From IMG/VR virus record IMGVR_UViG_3300027906_000144, positions 1 through 25,048 of that record: a stretch of 25,048 nucleotides of DNA; one strand, written 5' to 3'. The notes beneath the pieces were generated by a model. That model saw nothing but the letters and a program-made list of their open reading frames with translations. It was not told where the DNA came from and made no database searches. Both the position numbers and the translations under genes were made by a program. This DNA is from a virus. Lineage: Duplodnaviria; Caudoviricetes. This document shows, one piece after another, positions 1 through 7,800 of the stretch (positions within the stretch are counted from its first letter, which is position 1; each line of letters opens with the position of its first letter).

Positions 1-235
1 TTTTCTTAGGAGTAGCCTTAGGATATGCGTAACTATATTCAATATATTCCACAAAAATTGGTGTTCCCGCTTCTATTATAACGAAATTATCGGGTAACTG
101 TTCCGAAACTAACGCAATAATGAGGTTCTGGTAATCAACAATCTTCTTAGGTTTATACTTAATCCCATTCCTCCCAACCCTAAAGGATTGGTGGGCTTGG
201 GCTTTAACTTCTAGATTAAATATTAGTTTGTTCAT
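1..235 (-). CDS. rusA: RusA-like Holliday junction resolvase, N-terminal part (runs off the window edge)
   Basis: Not in the ORF track. The ATG at 235 overlaps the TGA of the helicase (ATGA). It reads MNKLIFNLEVKAQAHQSFRVGRNGIKYKPKKIVDYQNLII...IEYSYAYPKATPKK and stays open to base 1. The pattern resembles RusA N-termini and the context (Erf, SSB, helicase) fits. The catalytic KPDxDN region would lie outside the window. Confidence 0.6.
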   Translation of the reverse strand, partial: MNKLIFNLEVKAQAHQSFRVGRNGIKYKPKKIVDYQNLIIALVSEQLPDNFVIIEAGTPIFVEYIEYSYAYPKATPKK

Positions 236-1062
236 AAATTTATGTAGCTTCCCTCTTCAGGAAGATCAATTTGTTTGTCTATATAAGGTATTCCGTTTTT
301 TATTCTAAAGCTAAACTTATCGAAGGGCTGACCTCTACTTCGCAGACAACTAACAATAGTAGTACCATCATCCTCCTCGTCAACCTTAACCGATATCTGA
401 GTTTCTGTCTTCTTCTCCAGGAAAGAACCTAAATGGCCAGTAGGCTTCATTGAATTGTAATTAGAGTGAATAACAGTAATTATATGTATCCTTAACTCTT
501 TGGTCCACTTCATTAAGTACTGAACAAGTTCATTGCTGGCATTGATGTCATTCACGTCATTTATAAGGTCGGCTATTCCATCTATAATCACTAGACCTAA
601 GTTATCTACTCTGTTGATATGCCAATCTATAAAATCAAGTCTCTCCTGGGGAGTATATTCTCTTAGTGAGTAAGGCTCGTATGTTTCAAGCCCTCCAGCC
701 ATCTTGTCTATCCGGCCAAATACTCTTTGAGCGTGAAACTCTCCCTGCTCAGTATCATAGTGAATAGTCATCTTGCCATCACTATGTCCAAGCATTCTTT
801 CAGAATATTTATTAGACCCAGAAATATAAGCGCTAGTCATAAGAGAAACTAAAAAAGTCTTACGACTCTTTGGGGGGGCCTGTATGAAGCTAAAATTACC
901 ATAGGTACCCACACATATAGGGAGATCCCTTTCACCGCCTGTAGACCCCATAGAAATGGCTACAGGAGGGTATTGAACTTCTTTCTTAGGATCAACATAA
1001 GCATCCTTAAGGATTTGCTCAAACTTCTTGTTGTGATCCAGCTCTAATTCTTGATATGGCAT
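232..1062 (-). CDS. AAA/RecA-fold ATPase, AAA_25/RepA-like replicative helicase
   Basis: Walker A-like APPKSRKT, YDTEQ (catalytic Glu), Walker B IIDGIAD, a VIH motif and GHLGSFLEKKTE are typical of Bacteroidetes AAA_25 proteins. Confidence 0.8.
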   Translation of the reverse strand: MPYQELELDHNKKFEQILKDAYVDPKKEVQYPPVAISMGSTGGERDLPICVGTYGNFSFIQAPPKSRKTFLVSLMTSAYISGSNKYSERMLGHSDGKMTIHYDTEQGEFHAQRVFGRIDKMAGGLETYEPYSLREYTPQERLDFIDWHINRVDNLGLVIIDGIADLINDVNDINASNELVQYLMKWTKELRIHIITVIHSNYNSMKPTGHLGSFLEKKTETQISVKVDEEDDGTTIVSCLRSRGQPFDKFSFRIKNGIPYIDKQIDLPEEGSYINL

Positions 1063-1468
1063 TAGGCCTTGTATTGTCTTTTATAATTGTTTTAATTAAT
1101 TCTTTTATAAAGTTCTCGTGTTCCTGTATTGAATCTCCATATGGATTCATACAATATAAATCAACAGCTAGGTTTTGTTCCCACATAGACTTATCGGTTT
1201 GAGCTATCTCATCTATTTTAGAAATAACCCTCTTAACAATAAAATCAGAAGTGACTTTATTATCTCCAATTCTTAAAGCAAACACTTGAACAAAAGCCCA
1301 GGTTACAAATCTATATAGAAATCTATTTCTATAATCATCAATTGTTTCGTTATAGTTTAAGTGTCTAATAATATTGTTTAGAGCCTCTCTATCTCGAGAG
1401 GAGGGCTTAATGCTATTCTGTTTAAGCCTATATGTTAAATGTTCTATATTTTTATGAATTTGGTTCAT
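1019..1468 (-). CDS. hypothetical protein
   Basis: 149-aa ORF on the gene strand, between a terminator and the helicase, overlapping the helicase by 44 nt. No motif recognised. Confidence 0.65.
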   Translation of the reverse strand: MNQIHKNIEHLTYRLKQNSIKPSSRDREALNNIIRHLNYNETIDDYRNRFLYRFVTWAFVQVFALRIGDNKVTSDFIVKRVISKIDEIAQTDKSMWEQNLAVDLYCMNPYGDSIQEHENFIKELIKTIIKDNTRPNAISRIRAGSQQEV

Positions 1469-1485
1469 AGTTTGCTTGGTTTAGC

Positions 1486-1513
1486 AAAAAAAAGGGAAGA
1501 CTTTCGACTTCCC
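1486..1513 (-). terminator. Rho-independent terminator
   Basis: Minus strand reads GGGAAG-TC-GAAA-GT-CTTCCC followed by T8, just downstream of the 1534..1791 gene. Confidence 0.85.
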
Positions 1514-1533
1514 TCTTCTTCTAACATTAGTAA

Positions 1534-1791
1534 TTAAAAATCAAGTCCACCGGTTTCAATTTCGGCTGCCTTCTCCTGCTTCTCGGCTACGCTAACAGCC
1601 CCGTCAGTCCAAACAACTTTTCCATTACCTAGGAAATTCCTGTCTTCTTTAGCATCTCTCTGCTCTTTGGTTTGTTCCGCCCATACAGAGACATTCTTTC
1701 CGTATTCGTTAGTGTTGTCGTAAATCTTGACAGTAACATTTTTATACTTACCGTCTTTACCTTTTAGTCCTAGTGATAGTAGTGCGCTCAT
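1534..1791 (-). CDS. putative single-stranded DNA-binding protein (small Bacteroidetes phage type)
   Basis: Lies directly after erf. It has a beta-rich core (YGKNVSVWAEQTKEQR...FLGNGKVVWTDG) and an acidic tail ending GGLDF, like SSB C-termini. Confidence 0.55.
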   Translation of the reverse strand: MSALLSLGLKGKDGKYKNVTVKIYDNTNEYGKNVSVWAEQTKEQRDAKEDRNFLGNGKVVWTDGAVSVAEKQEKAAEIETGGLDF

Positions 1792-1798
1792 AATTTAT

Positions 1799-2353
1799 TT
1801 ATTTAATTAGTGATTTAAGATCTTTCAATAGATCGTTATTAATAGTATACTTTTTCATAACAGCGGTAATATTTCCTCCGCCATCAAGGTAAGATATTAC
1901 CTTCTTATATTCAGTAGAGTCTTTAACCAAGGCTGGTTTGCCCGGACTAGACTTGCTGTGATCATTTGTAGCATCAGCATCTTTAGTATCGTCAATAAGT
2001 AACAAATTACCTATAGCATACTTTTTAGCGTAGCTAGAAGCAGCTCCAGTTCTCTGGGGCTGTTGCATCCCTTTAGCATCAAAGTCTATAATAGCCTGGG
2101 CATTAGACTCAATTTGCATACTAGGGTCTTTAGCATCAATAAGCTTAGCAGTGGACTCAACATATAAGACCCCTCCAACTTCTTTAATCTCATCAGTCAT
2201 CTTAAGCACAGCCTCGTGCTTCATAGCTAATGGTTTTACAGCCTCTAAGATATCCTCAGCAGATCTGTAATTATACTTTCCGAAAGCATTTCTTTGGTTC
2301 TTAGGAGCCTTAAGCTCCGTTTGGATCATTAATAGTTTTTGTGTAATATTCAT
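1799..2353 (-). CDS. erf: ERF-family single-strand annealing recombinase
   Basis: Shows the ERF signature IQTELKAPKNQRNAFGKYNYRSAEDILEAVKP and QRTGAASSYAKKYA...DDTKDAD. Confidence 0.9.
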   Translation of the reverse strand: MNITQKLLMIQTELKAPKNQRNAFGKYNYRSAEDILEAVKPLAMKHEAVLKMTDEIKEVGGVLYVESTAKLIDAKDPSMQIESNAQAIIDFDAKGMQQPQRTGAASSYAKKYAIGNLLLIDDTKDADATNDHSKSSPGKPALVKDSTEYKKVISYLDGGGNITAVMKKYTINNDLLKDLKSLIK

Positions 2354-2356
2354 AGA

Positions 2357-2548
2357 TTAGTATTTAGTTACTTCTTTTAATACAACGCCTCTATATTCCC
2401 TAGGGCATTCATCATCACAAAGCTCAACAACAAAAGAAACAAGACGATCTATTTCATCTTGCTTTTTTGAGTTCTCTTTAGTTAAGGCATCAATCCTAGC
2501 TAAGTAGTAATCGCTCTGATTGTAAAAAGGTCTAGTTGTGTTCTCCAT
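2357..2548 (-). CDS. hypothetical small coiled-coil protein
   Basis: 63-aa ORF, the first gene after a predicted promoter, ending 3 nt before the erf start. Confidence 0.7.
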   Translation of the reverse strand: MENTTRPFYNQSDYYLARIDALTKENSKKQDEIDRLVSFVVELCDDECPREYRGVVLKEVTKY

Positions 2549-2564
2549 ATTTATTAATTTTATT

Positions 2565-2597
2565 GCAAGGTATGAAAAATATAATTAACTAAACAAA
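2565..2597 (-). promoter_or_regulatory. Bacteroidetes primary-sigma-type promoter for the recombination/replication operon
   Basis: Minus strand TTTG (2597-2594), 21 nt, TACCTTGC (2572-2565), close to the -33/-7 consensus TTTG-N19-21-TAnnTTTG. The direct repeat ATAATTAAC at 2581-2589 and 2597-2605 flanks the -33 box. Confidence 0.6.
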
Positions 2598-2605
2598 TAA
2601 TTAAC

Positions 2606-2637
2606 AAAAAAAAGAGGGCTGTATTTCTACAACCCTC
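2606..2637 (-). terminator. Rho-independent terminator
   Basis: Minus strand reads GAGGGTTGTA-GAAA-TACAGCCCTC followed by T8. Confidence 0.9.
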
Positions 2638-2690
2638 AAACCAAATCAATCAAATGAAAAACAATAAACTCTAAAACTCATTTATTAACT
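2606..2690 (-). ncRNA. candidate ~85-nt small RNA (or 11-aa micro-ORF transcript)
   Basis: Bounded by an exact-consensus promoter (2695-2726) and a strong terminator (2606-2637). The only ORF inside is MSFRVYCFSFD. Confidence 0.45.
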
Positions 2691-2694
2691 ACAA

Positions 2695-2726
2695 CAAATA
2701 TATATTATATTTTTAATATAACCAAA
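2695..2726 (-). promoter_or_regulatory. Bacteroidetes primary-sigma promoter, exact consensus
   Basis: Minus strand TTTG (2726-2723), 20 nt, TATATTTG (2702-2695). Confidence 0.7.
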
Positions 2727-3078
2727 ACATATTTGGTTTTTGATCATCATTATCTACATATATAGTTTTTTGATCCCTGGAGATAGCTATTCGACTAAAT
2801 CCCACCTCCATCAAAGAAGCTATCATCTTATATCGCTTCTTGGAATTATCACAACGTATTATCGCAGCCTTACCTATAAGGTGGCTGCTTACAGTAGAAT
2901 CATTCCATCGGTTATTCTGGAATCTAGTCCTATAACCAGATACTATTAAGAATTGTAACTTACATAAGTGAGCTGCCGCATCTATCATTTGTAAGAAATC
3001 TCTATCCATATATTTCTCGGCAGACCCTGGCTGATCAGGGCTGTCAAACTCCGTAATAAGAAAATGTCTTAATTCCAT
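2713..3078 (-). CDS. Peptidase M15-fold protein lacking two zinc ligands (probably inactive endolysin paralogue)
   Basis: Aligns end to end with 3922..4281 ([59 protein letters not shown]). The Asp of HX6D is Ile, and HVD is YVD. Confidence 0.8.
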   Translation of the reverse strand: MELRHFLITEFDSPDQPGSAEKYMDRDFLQMIDAAAHLCKLQFLIVSGYRTRFQNNRWNDSTVSSHLIGKAAIIRCDNSKKRYKMIASLMEVGFSRIAISRDQKTIYVDNDDQKPNMFWLY

Positions 3079-3081
3079 ATT

Positions 3082-3112
3082 GCAATATAATATTTTTTAA
3101 TACATTTGCAAA
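3082..3112. promoter_or_regulatory. overlapping divergent host-type promoters
   Basis: Minus strand: TTTG (3112-3109), 19 nt, TATATTGC (3089-3082), ending 3 nt before the ATG at 3078. Plus strand: TACATTTG at 3101-3108, with TTG 18 nt upstream. Confidence 0.55.
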
Positions 3113-3202
3113 ACGTAGCAGTAGATCTACGATAAAAACTACCAGACTTCAATAGAAATATTGTTGGATCAGATAACATTGAAAGTTTGTTTTTCTAGGG
3201 GG

Positions 3203-3256
3203 CTTTTTCTTTTCTTTCTTTTTCTTTTACCCTTTTCTTTTTCTTTGTTTTCTTTT
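3203..3256. repeat. 54-bp polypyrimidine/polypurine tract
   Basis: The plus strand is all C/T except A3229 and G3247, built from CTTT(T)(T) units. Confidence 0.9.
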
Positions 3257-3321
3257 ATTTAAACATAACAAGGTAATCGGTGGCCCATTCAAAATGGGGC
3301 CACCAGTACTGCGTTTAAATA
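3256..3321. other. long imperfect stem-loop
   Basis: Inner stem GGTGGCCCATT-CAA-AATGGGGCCACC (3279-3304, one bulge). Outer stem TATTTAAAC (3256-3264) with GTTTAAATA (3313-3321). No U-tract directly follows the inner stem on either strand. Confidence 0.75.
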
Positions 3322-3344
3322 TGTACTATGTTTAACAAAGTAGT

Positions 3345-3479
3345 CTACCTGCCCTGACCTCGATATTTCTTAGTGTAGTTCTTAGAGCTTTTTAGCACGC
3401 TAGTCTTAGACTTAGCGTGCGTACCAGGTCGCTTAACTCTTTCTTTTTTCTTAAATGAAGGTTCTATTCTACGGGCCAT
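3345..3479 (-). CDS. 44-aa highly basic protein ending YRGQGR
   Basis: Below the ORF-track cutoff. Reads MARRIEPSFKKKERVKRPGTHAKSKTSVLKSSKNYTKKYRGQGR. Its start overlaps the holin stop (TAATG). I recognise the K-Y-R-G-Q-G ending from small marine phage ORFs. Confidence 0.8.
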   Translation of the reverse strand: MARRIEPSFKKKERVKRPGTHAKSKTSVLKSSKNYTKKYRGQGR

Positions 3480-3895
3480 TACTGATGCATTTTGTTACCA
3501 AACACCTTCTCGACTCCGCGGCTGCCAAAATAGCCACCAATTACAATAGTCAATAAGCCTGTAATAGAATCTAATGGGTAACCTAAATACCAACCTACAA
3601 CATAACTGACAGTTAAAAATACTAATGTAAGTGGCCGCACATTTTGTGCGAGCCACCCACTTCTGGAATCGGCAACCCATCTTCGAGTTACTCCGTCCAT
3701 TTCAGCGCGTTCTAAGCGTAGTTTTTCTAAGGCTATCTCTTTATCCTCACTAGACAACTCAGACCCCCCTATAATAGCCTCTATAACACTTCCAACTGGG
3801 GTATCTTGTGCTATTGCACCTACAACTTTAGGTATCTTTTGCAGTAGAAAAGATCCTACGGCTGTATCCTTAAACTTCTTCTTATTTTTTGACAT
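3479..3895 (-). CDS. holin-like membrane protein (3TM/GTA-holin-like)
   Basis: DSRSGWLAQNVRPL is followed by two hydrophobic helices and GGYFGSRGVEK. It lies next to the endolysin. The ATG at 3895 is preferred over the TTG at 3901. Confidence 0.7.
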   Translation of the reverse strand: MSKNKKKFKDTAVGSFLLQKIPKVVGAIAQDTPVGSVIEAIIGGSELSSEDKEIALEKLRLERAEMDGVTRRWVADSRSGWLAQNVRPLTLVFLTVSYVVGWYLGYPLDSITGLLTIVIGGYFGSRGVEKVFGNKMHQ

Positions 3896-3921
3896 TAACA
3901 ATGGTATTCCCTGAGGTCCCG

Positions 3922-4281
3922 CTAATACGTCCAGATAACATTCCCCGCCTTGGTGTCGTCACTATCGACGTGTACGAATGTCTTTGCGATACCCAATCGG
4001 TTAAATCCGGCGTCTTGCAGCGCTGTAATAATAATCCATCTTTCTCTTGAATTGTTGTATCCGATATCAGCCGCTTTTCCAACAATATGGCTCGAATTCG
4101 GTTTTCCTCCAACCTCTCTATTGTGTTCAATTGTTCTCCACCCGGAGTTAATTTTAAAGGGAATCCCTGCAATGTGACGTGCGTTGTCGAGCATTGAAAG
4201 AAACTTACTATCCATATATTCACCAGAATGAGGGACATCCGGAGACGCAAATTCTTCATATTTAAAATATTTTAGACTCAT
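3922..4281 (-). CDS. endolysin, peptidase M15 (Peptidase_M15_3-like Zn peptidase)
   Basis: Has [14 protein letters not shown] (HX6D) and HVD, so all zinc ligands are intact. The start at 4281 overlaps the upstream TGA (ATGA). Confidence 0.9.
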   Translation of the reverse strand: MSLKYFKYEEFASPDVPHSGEYMDSKFLSMLDNARHIAGIPFKINSGWRTIEHNREVGGKPNSSHIVGKAADIGYNNSRERWIIITALQDAGFNRLGIAKTFVHVDSDDTKAGNVIWTY

Positions 4282-4661
4282 TTTTTGCATTTACAATTCT
4301 TGTCATCACAATCTATTGCTTTATTTAAAAGCAATCTATCTATAGTATCATCTTGCACTTTAATAAGCATTTCTTCTAGCATATCTTTAGACTGTATCAG
4401 CATATCTATTTTCATCTCCAAGTTAGATATTTTTTTTCTAGCTGCATCAAGATCATCCGGATTTCTTCCAGTTATGCTTGCTATAACCATAGCAATACTA
4501 GCTGCAATCATACCTATTAATGTGTTTACTATTTGAGCATTTTCATTTGGTATTTGATACTTCGATAGATATAACAATATCAAAACAACCAAAAAGAAAA
4601 CTAATAAGCTTCCTGCAAAATGTCTTATATCCTTTGCTGCTCCATTTGAAGGTAGTTTCAT
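4278..4661 (-). CDS. two-TM membrane protein with C-terminal coiled coil (lysis cassette)
   Basis: Hydrophobic segments [18 protein letters not shown] and [20 protein letters not shown], then a heptad-rich tail and a Cys-rich end. Start/stop overlaps with both neighbours. Confidence 0.65.
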   Translation of the reverse strand: MKLPSNGAAKDIRHFAGSLLVFFLVVLILLYLSKYQIPNENAQIVNTLIGMIAASIAMVIASITGRNPDDLDAARKKISNLEMKIDMLIQSKDMLEEMLIKVQDDTIDRLLLNKAIDCDDKNCKCKK

Positions 4662-4810
4662 CTTTTTAACGCTTTATAGATTTGAATAACATAGAATGAG
4701 AAGGTCGCACCCATCACTAACATCTTAAAAACTTCATTTATCTCGGTTACGCTAAACGCTAAAGCGAAAAGCCCTGCTGCATAAGTGCTAAATATCTTCA
4801 AATCTTCCAT
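4658..4810 (-). CDS. small holin-like membrane protein
   Basis: [50 protein letters not shown] has two short hydrophobic segments and a basic tail. The start at 4810 lies 1 nt after the LamG gene stop. Confidence 0.6.
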   Translation of the reverse strand: MEDLKIFSTYAAGLFALAFSVTEINEVFKMLVMGATFSFYVIQIYKALKR

Positions 4811-4811
4811 T

Positions 4812-7800
4812 TTATTTAAATGCCATATATATGTATTCTCCACTTGATGAGTTTACCCTTCCAGAATTGTCTACTCCTAAAGTAAATCCGTTTGAATTAA
4901 ATGATAGCAAAGACGTTCCGTCTTGGGTGTAGTCGGCATCAGCTGCATTAGCCATTAATTGCTTTGTTACCCCCCTTTTGTTATCATACATTTGCCAAGC
5001 ATCTGCACTATCAGTCCTTTTTATAATTAAAAAACTCGGCTGAAATGGGTTGCTACCACCAGACGCTCCATTGTCAGTAGTGTAAAGTGTATGACTTGCG
5101 CCTGTGCCTGTATAACTCCCTATCTTACTATATCCTGCGACTGAATGCCAACAATAGCAAATCATATTATTGCCAACCGCAGAATTACTACCATCCCTAA
5201 ATCCAATCGTAGTTGAACTTGAGGAATAATATGTAGCACCAGCAGAACTTAATCCTGCATTACCGTCTAGATAAATATATTTGTTTAATGGTAAATCTTT
5301 ATGATATACCATCCAAATACTGTTATAATCAGCAGATTTAACAATAAACAGTTCTGGGGCAGAACTCAATCCGTGTCCTTTTGTGCTTACTGAACTTGAG
5401 CCATCAGATGTCCATTTCACAATACTAAACCCTGCGGCAGTATTTGCGCTTACAGAACTTGTTATAGTTCCATTTCCATTAGAAACCGCATCGCCTCCGC
5501 CTTTCCAGTTCCAAGCTACATAAGATTCATTGTTTTTGTTAGTATAGTTGGCAACGCTTGAGCCTGTTTTGGCAACAAATCCTCTTGCTTCAAAGGTATC
5601 TAAAAATCCATAAGTAGCATCATAAGCACCTTCAGCATAAGTTGCATTTGAACTTAAAGCTTTTCCTGAGCCTACACCTCTTACGGTATCATATAACACG
5701 TGGTCGTGTGCATCATCCCTTGCTTTTACCCAAACTAAATCGGGTTCAAATCCTACGTTAGAAACAAAATTAGTACCACCATTTCCTTCATACAACACCG
5801 CCTTAAAGTTAGATGTATCTGCTTCAGGTTTTTCGTTGTAAAGTTCGGTTACTTGAGACGCTGAAAGTGCAGATGAAAATATTCTTACTTGGTCTATTGA
5901 GCCATTGAAGTATTGACTTGTAGAGGGTCGTCTATAGCCAATACCATAATCACTATTACCTGTAGCTGCTACACCTGTTGAAGAACCCGTGGTCGTCATA
6001 TCTGCCGCTACCCCATTAACATAAATTTGCGTGTTTGTTCCTGTTTCTATTGCACCCCCATTATAAGTAACTGCAACGTGAAACCAAGTGCCTGTAGTAA
6101 TATGTGCCGATGAAGTTATCGCATCCCTTCCATAATATTCAACATATACTTTACCTGCTGTATCAATAGAAAAACCAAATCTTTCTTTTGCGGCAGCAGG
6201 TCCAAATTGAAAAATAGTTTGAGCAGCACTTAAACTACTTATATTAATCCAAGCAGAAATAGTCCTTGTTCCAGCACCACTAATACCTAAATTTGGTAAA
6301 TCTATTTTACTACTACTTCCATTAAACACCGCAGCTTGACCAAAGCGACCAAATCTGTATTCTATATCTGTTTCAACGCCATCATAACTACCTTTCTCAT
6401 CCTCTGCTGAATTGTCTAATTTGTAATATGCAGCATTTGTTGTAGGGTAATCATTATCAGTTGTAGTTGCAGTATATGAACAAGCGGTTTCTGCGTAAAG
6501 AGTGCCAACTTCTGTGGCAGATAAAGCCTTTGAAAACACACGAACTTGATCCATTTTTCCAGAGTAGGGATAGGTAGTACTCCCTGTATCATAATTACCC
6601 AAAGTGTTGTGACCAGCCGTAGAGCCTGTATTATTTGAGGTATATGAAGCGTTTGATCCCACAACGGTATTATCTAAATATAGTATTACACCCGTAGCAG
6701 AGCTTTTAGTAACCACGCAATGATGCCAAGTTCCAGCTGTAACTGTTCCCCCCGAAACAGCTCCTGAAGCATTCTCCCAATAATATAATTGAGTTCCGTC
6801 AATAGTAAAGTAGAAAAAACTACTGCTGTTTGCGGTGGTTAAAATCATATTGTAAGGATTTGACGGGTTGGATGCACCAATATTATCCACATTCATCCAA
6901 GCTGAAATAGTGAAATTATTAACAGGGAAGGGAACAGTATTAATATTAATAGAACCACTTCTAAACATAGCACCATAGTTTATCTTGCCTTCTACTCCGA
7001 AATCAACGGCAGTAGATGTGCCATCATAGTACCCACTTGCTTCAGAAGCATCATAATCCATAGAATATAAAGCTACTCCTGCACCTTCGCTTAATGGATT
7101 GGTATTGGATGCGGTAGATGAAGTTTCAGCGTAAAGCGTTGCAATATCTTCTTCACTTAAAGCTTTTGAGAATACTCGAATTTGATCTAATTTTCCGTCA
7201 TAATAACCCTCTAAACCACCTGCACCATTATTGTTTGCACCAATATTGTAGGTGTGATTGGAGATATATGACCTGTCTCCTGTGGTAGCACCACTTCCGT
7301 CTAAAACACCATTTAAATATAATTTACAAATACTCGCTTTTTTGCTGTATGTAACCGCAACGTGATACCAAGTGCTCGCAGATAAGGTCGTTGTACCAGA
7401 AAAATCCATTGTAGTAAGACTTGGCGCATAACTTAAAAACCTTAACTTGCTCGAGGAATAGCCTGTGTAAATTGTCCATCCGTGATTATTACCATCGTAG
7501 GCATAAGCAGAAAAAGTCCCTGCATATCTAGTGATGTCATCTGAATTGAACCAAAAAGAAATAGTGAACTCTTGTCCGCTTACAGAATTTACTAAATTGT
7601 CTGGCAAATTGATATAAGAACTACTGCCATTAAATGTGGCAGCTTGTCCAAATTTTGCGCCTGTAGATGAGTATGAAACATTTGCTTCGCTTGTGCCATT
7701 GTTATTGCCTGTGGTATCATTATCATTACCATCAAGTTGATAAACAGCGATATTACTACTGTATGTGCTATCAGCACCAAATGCTTGTACTGAATCGGTA

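Noticed and set aside
3495-4259. Alternative-frame minus ORFs 3882..4259 and 3495..3680 as embedded spanins
   Set aside because: 3882..4259 has a hydrophobic start and a Cys (FFQC) but a poor lipobox, and it overlaps the catalytic core of the lysin. 3495..3680 has no signal peptide. Neither is supported, although a SignalP run on 3882..4259 would be a cheap check.
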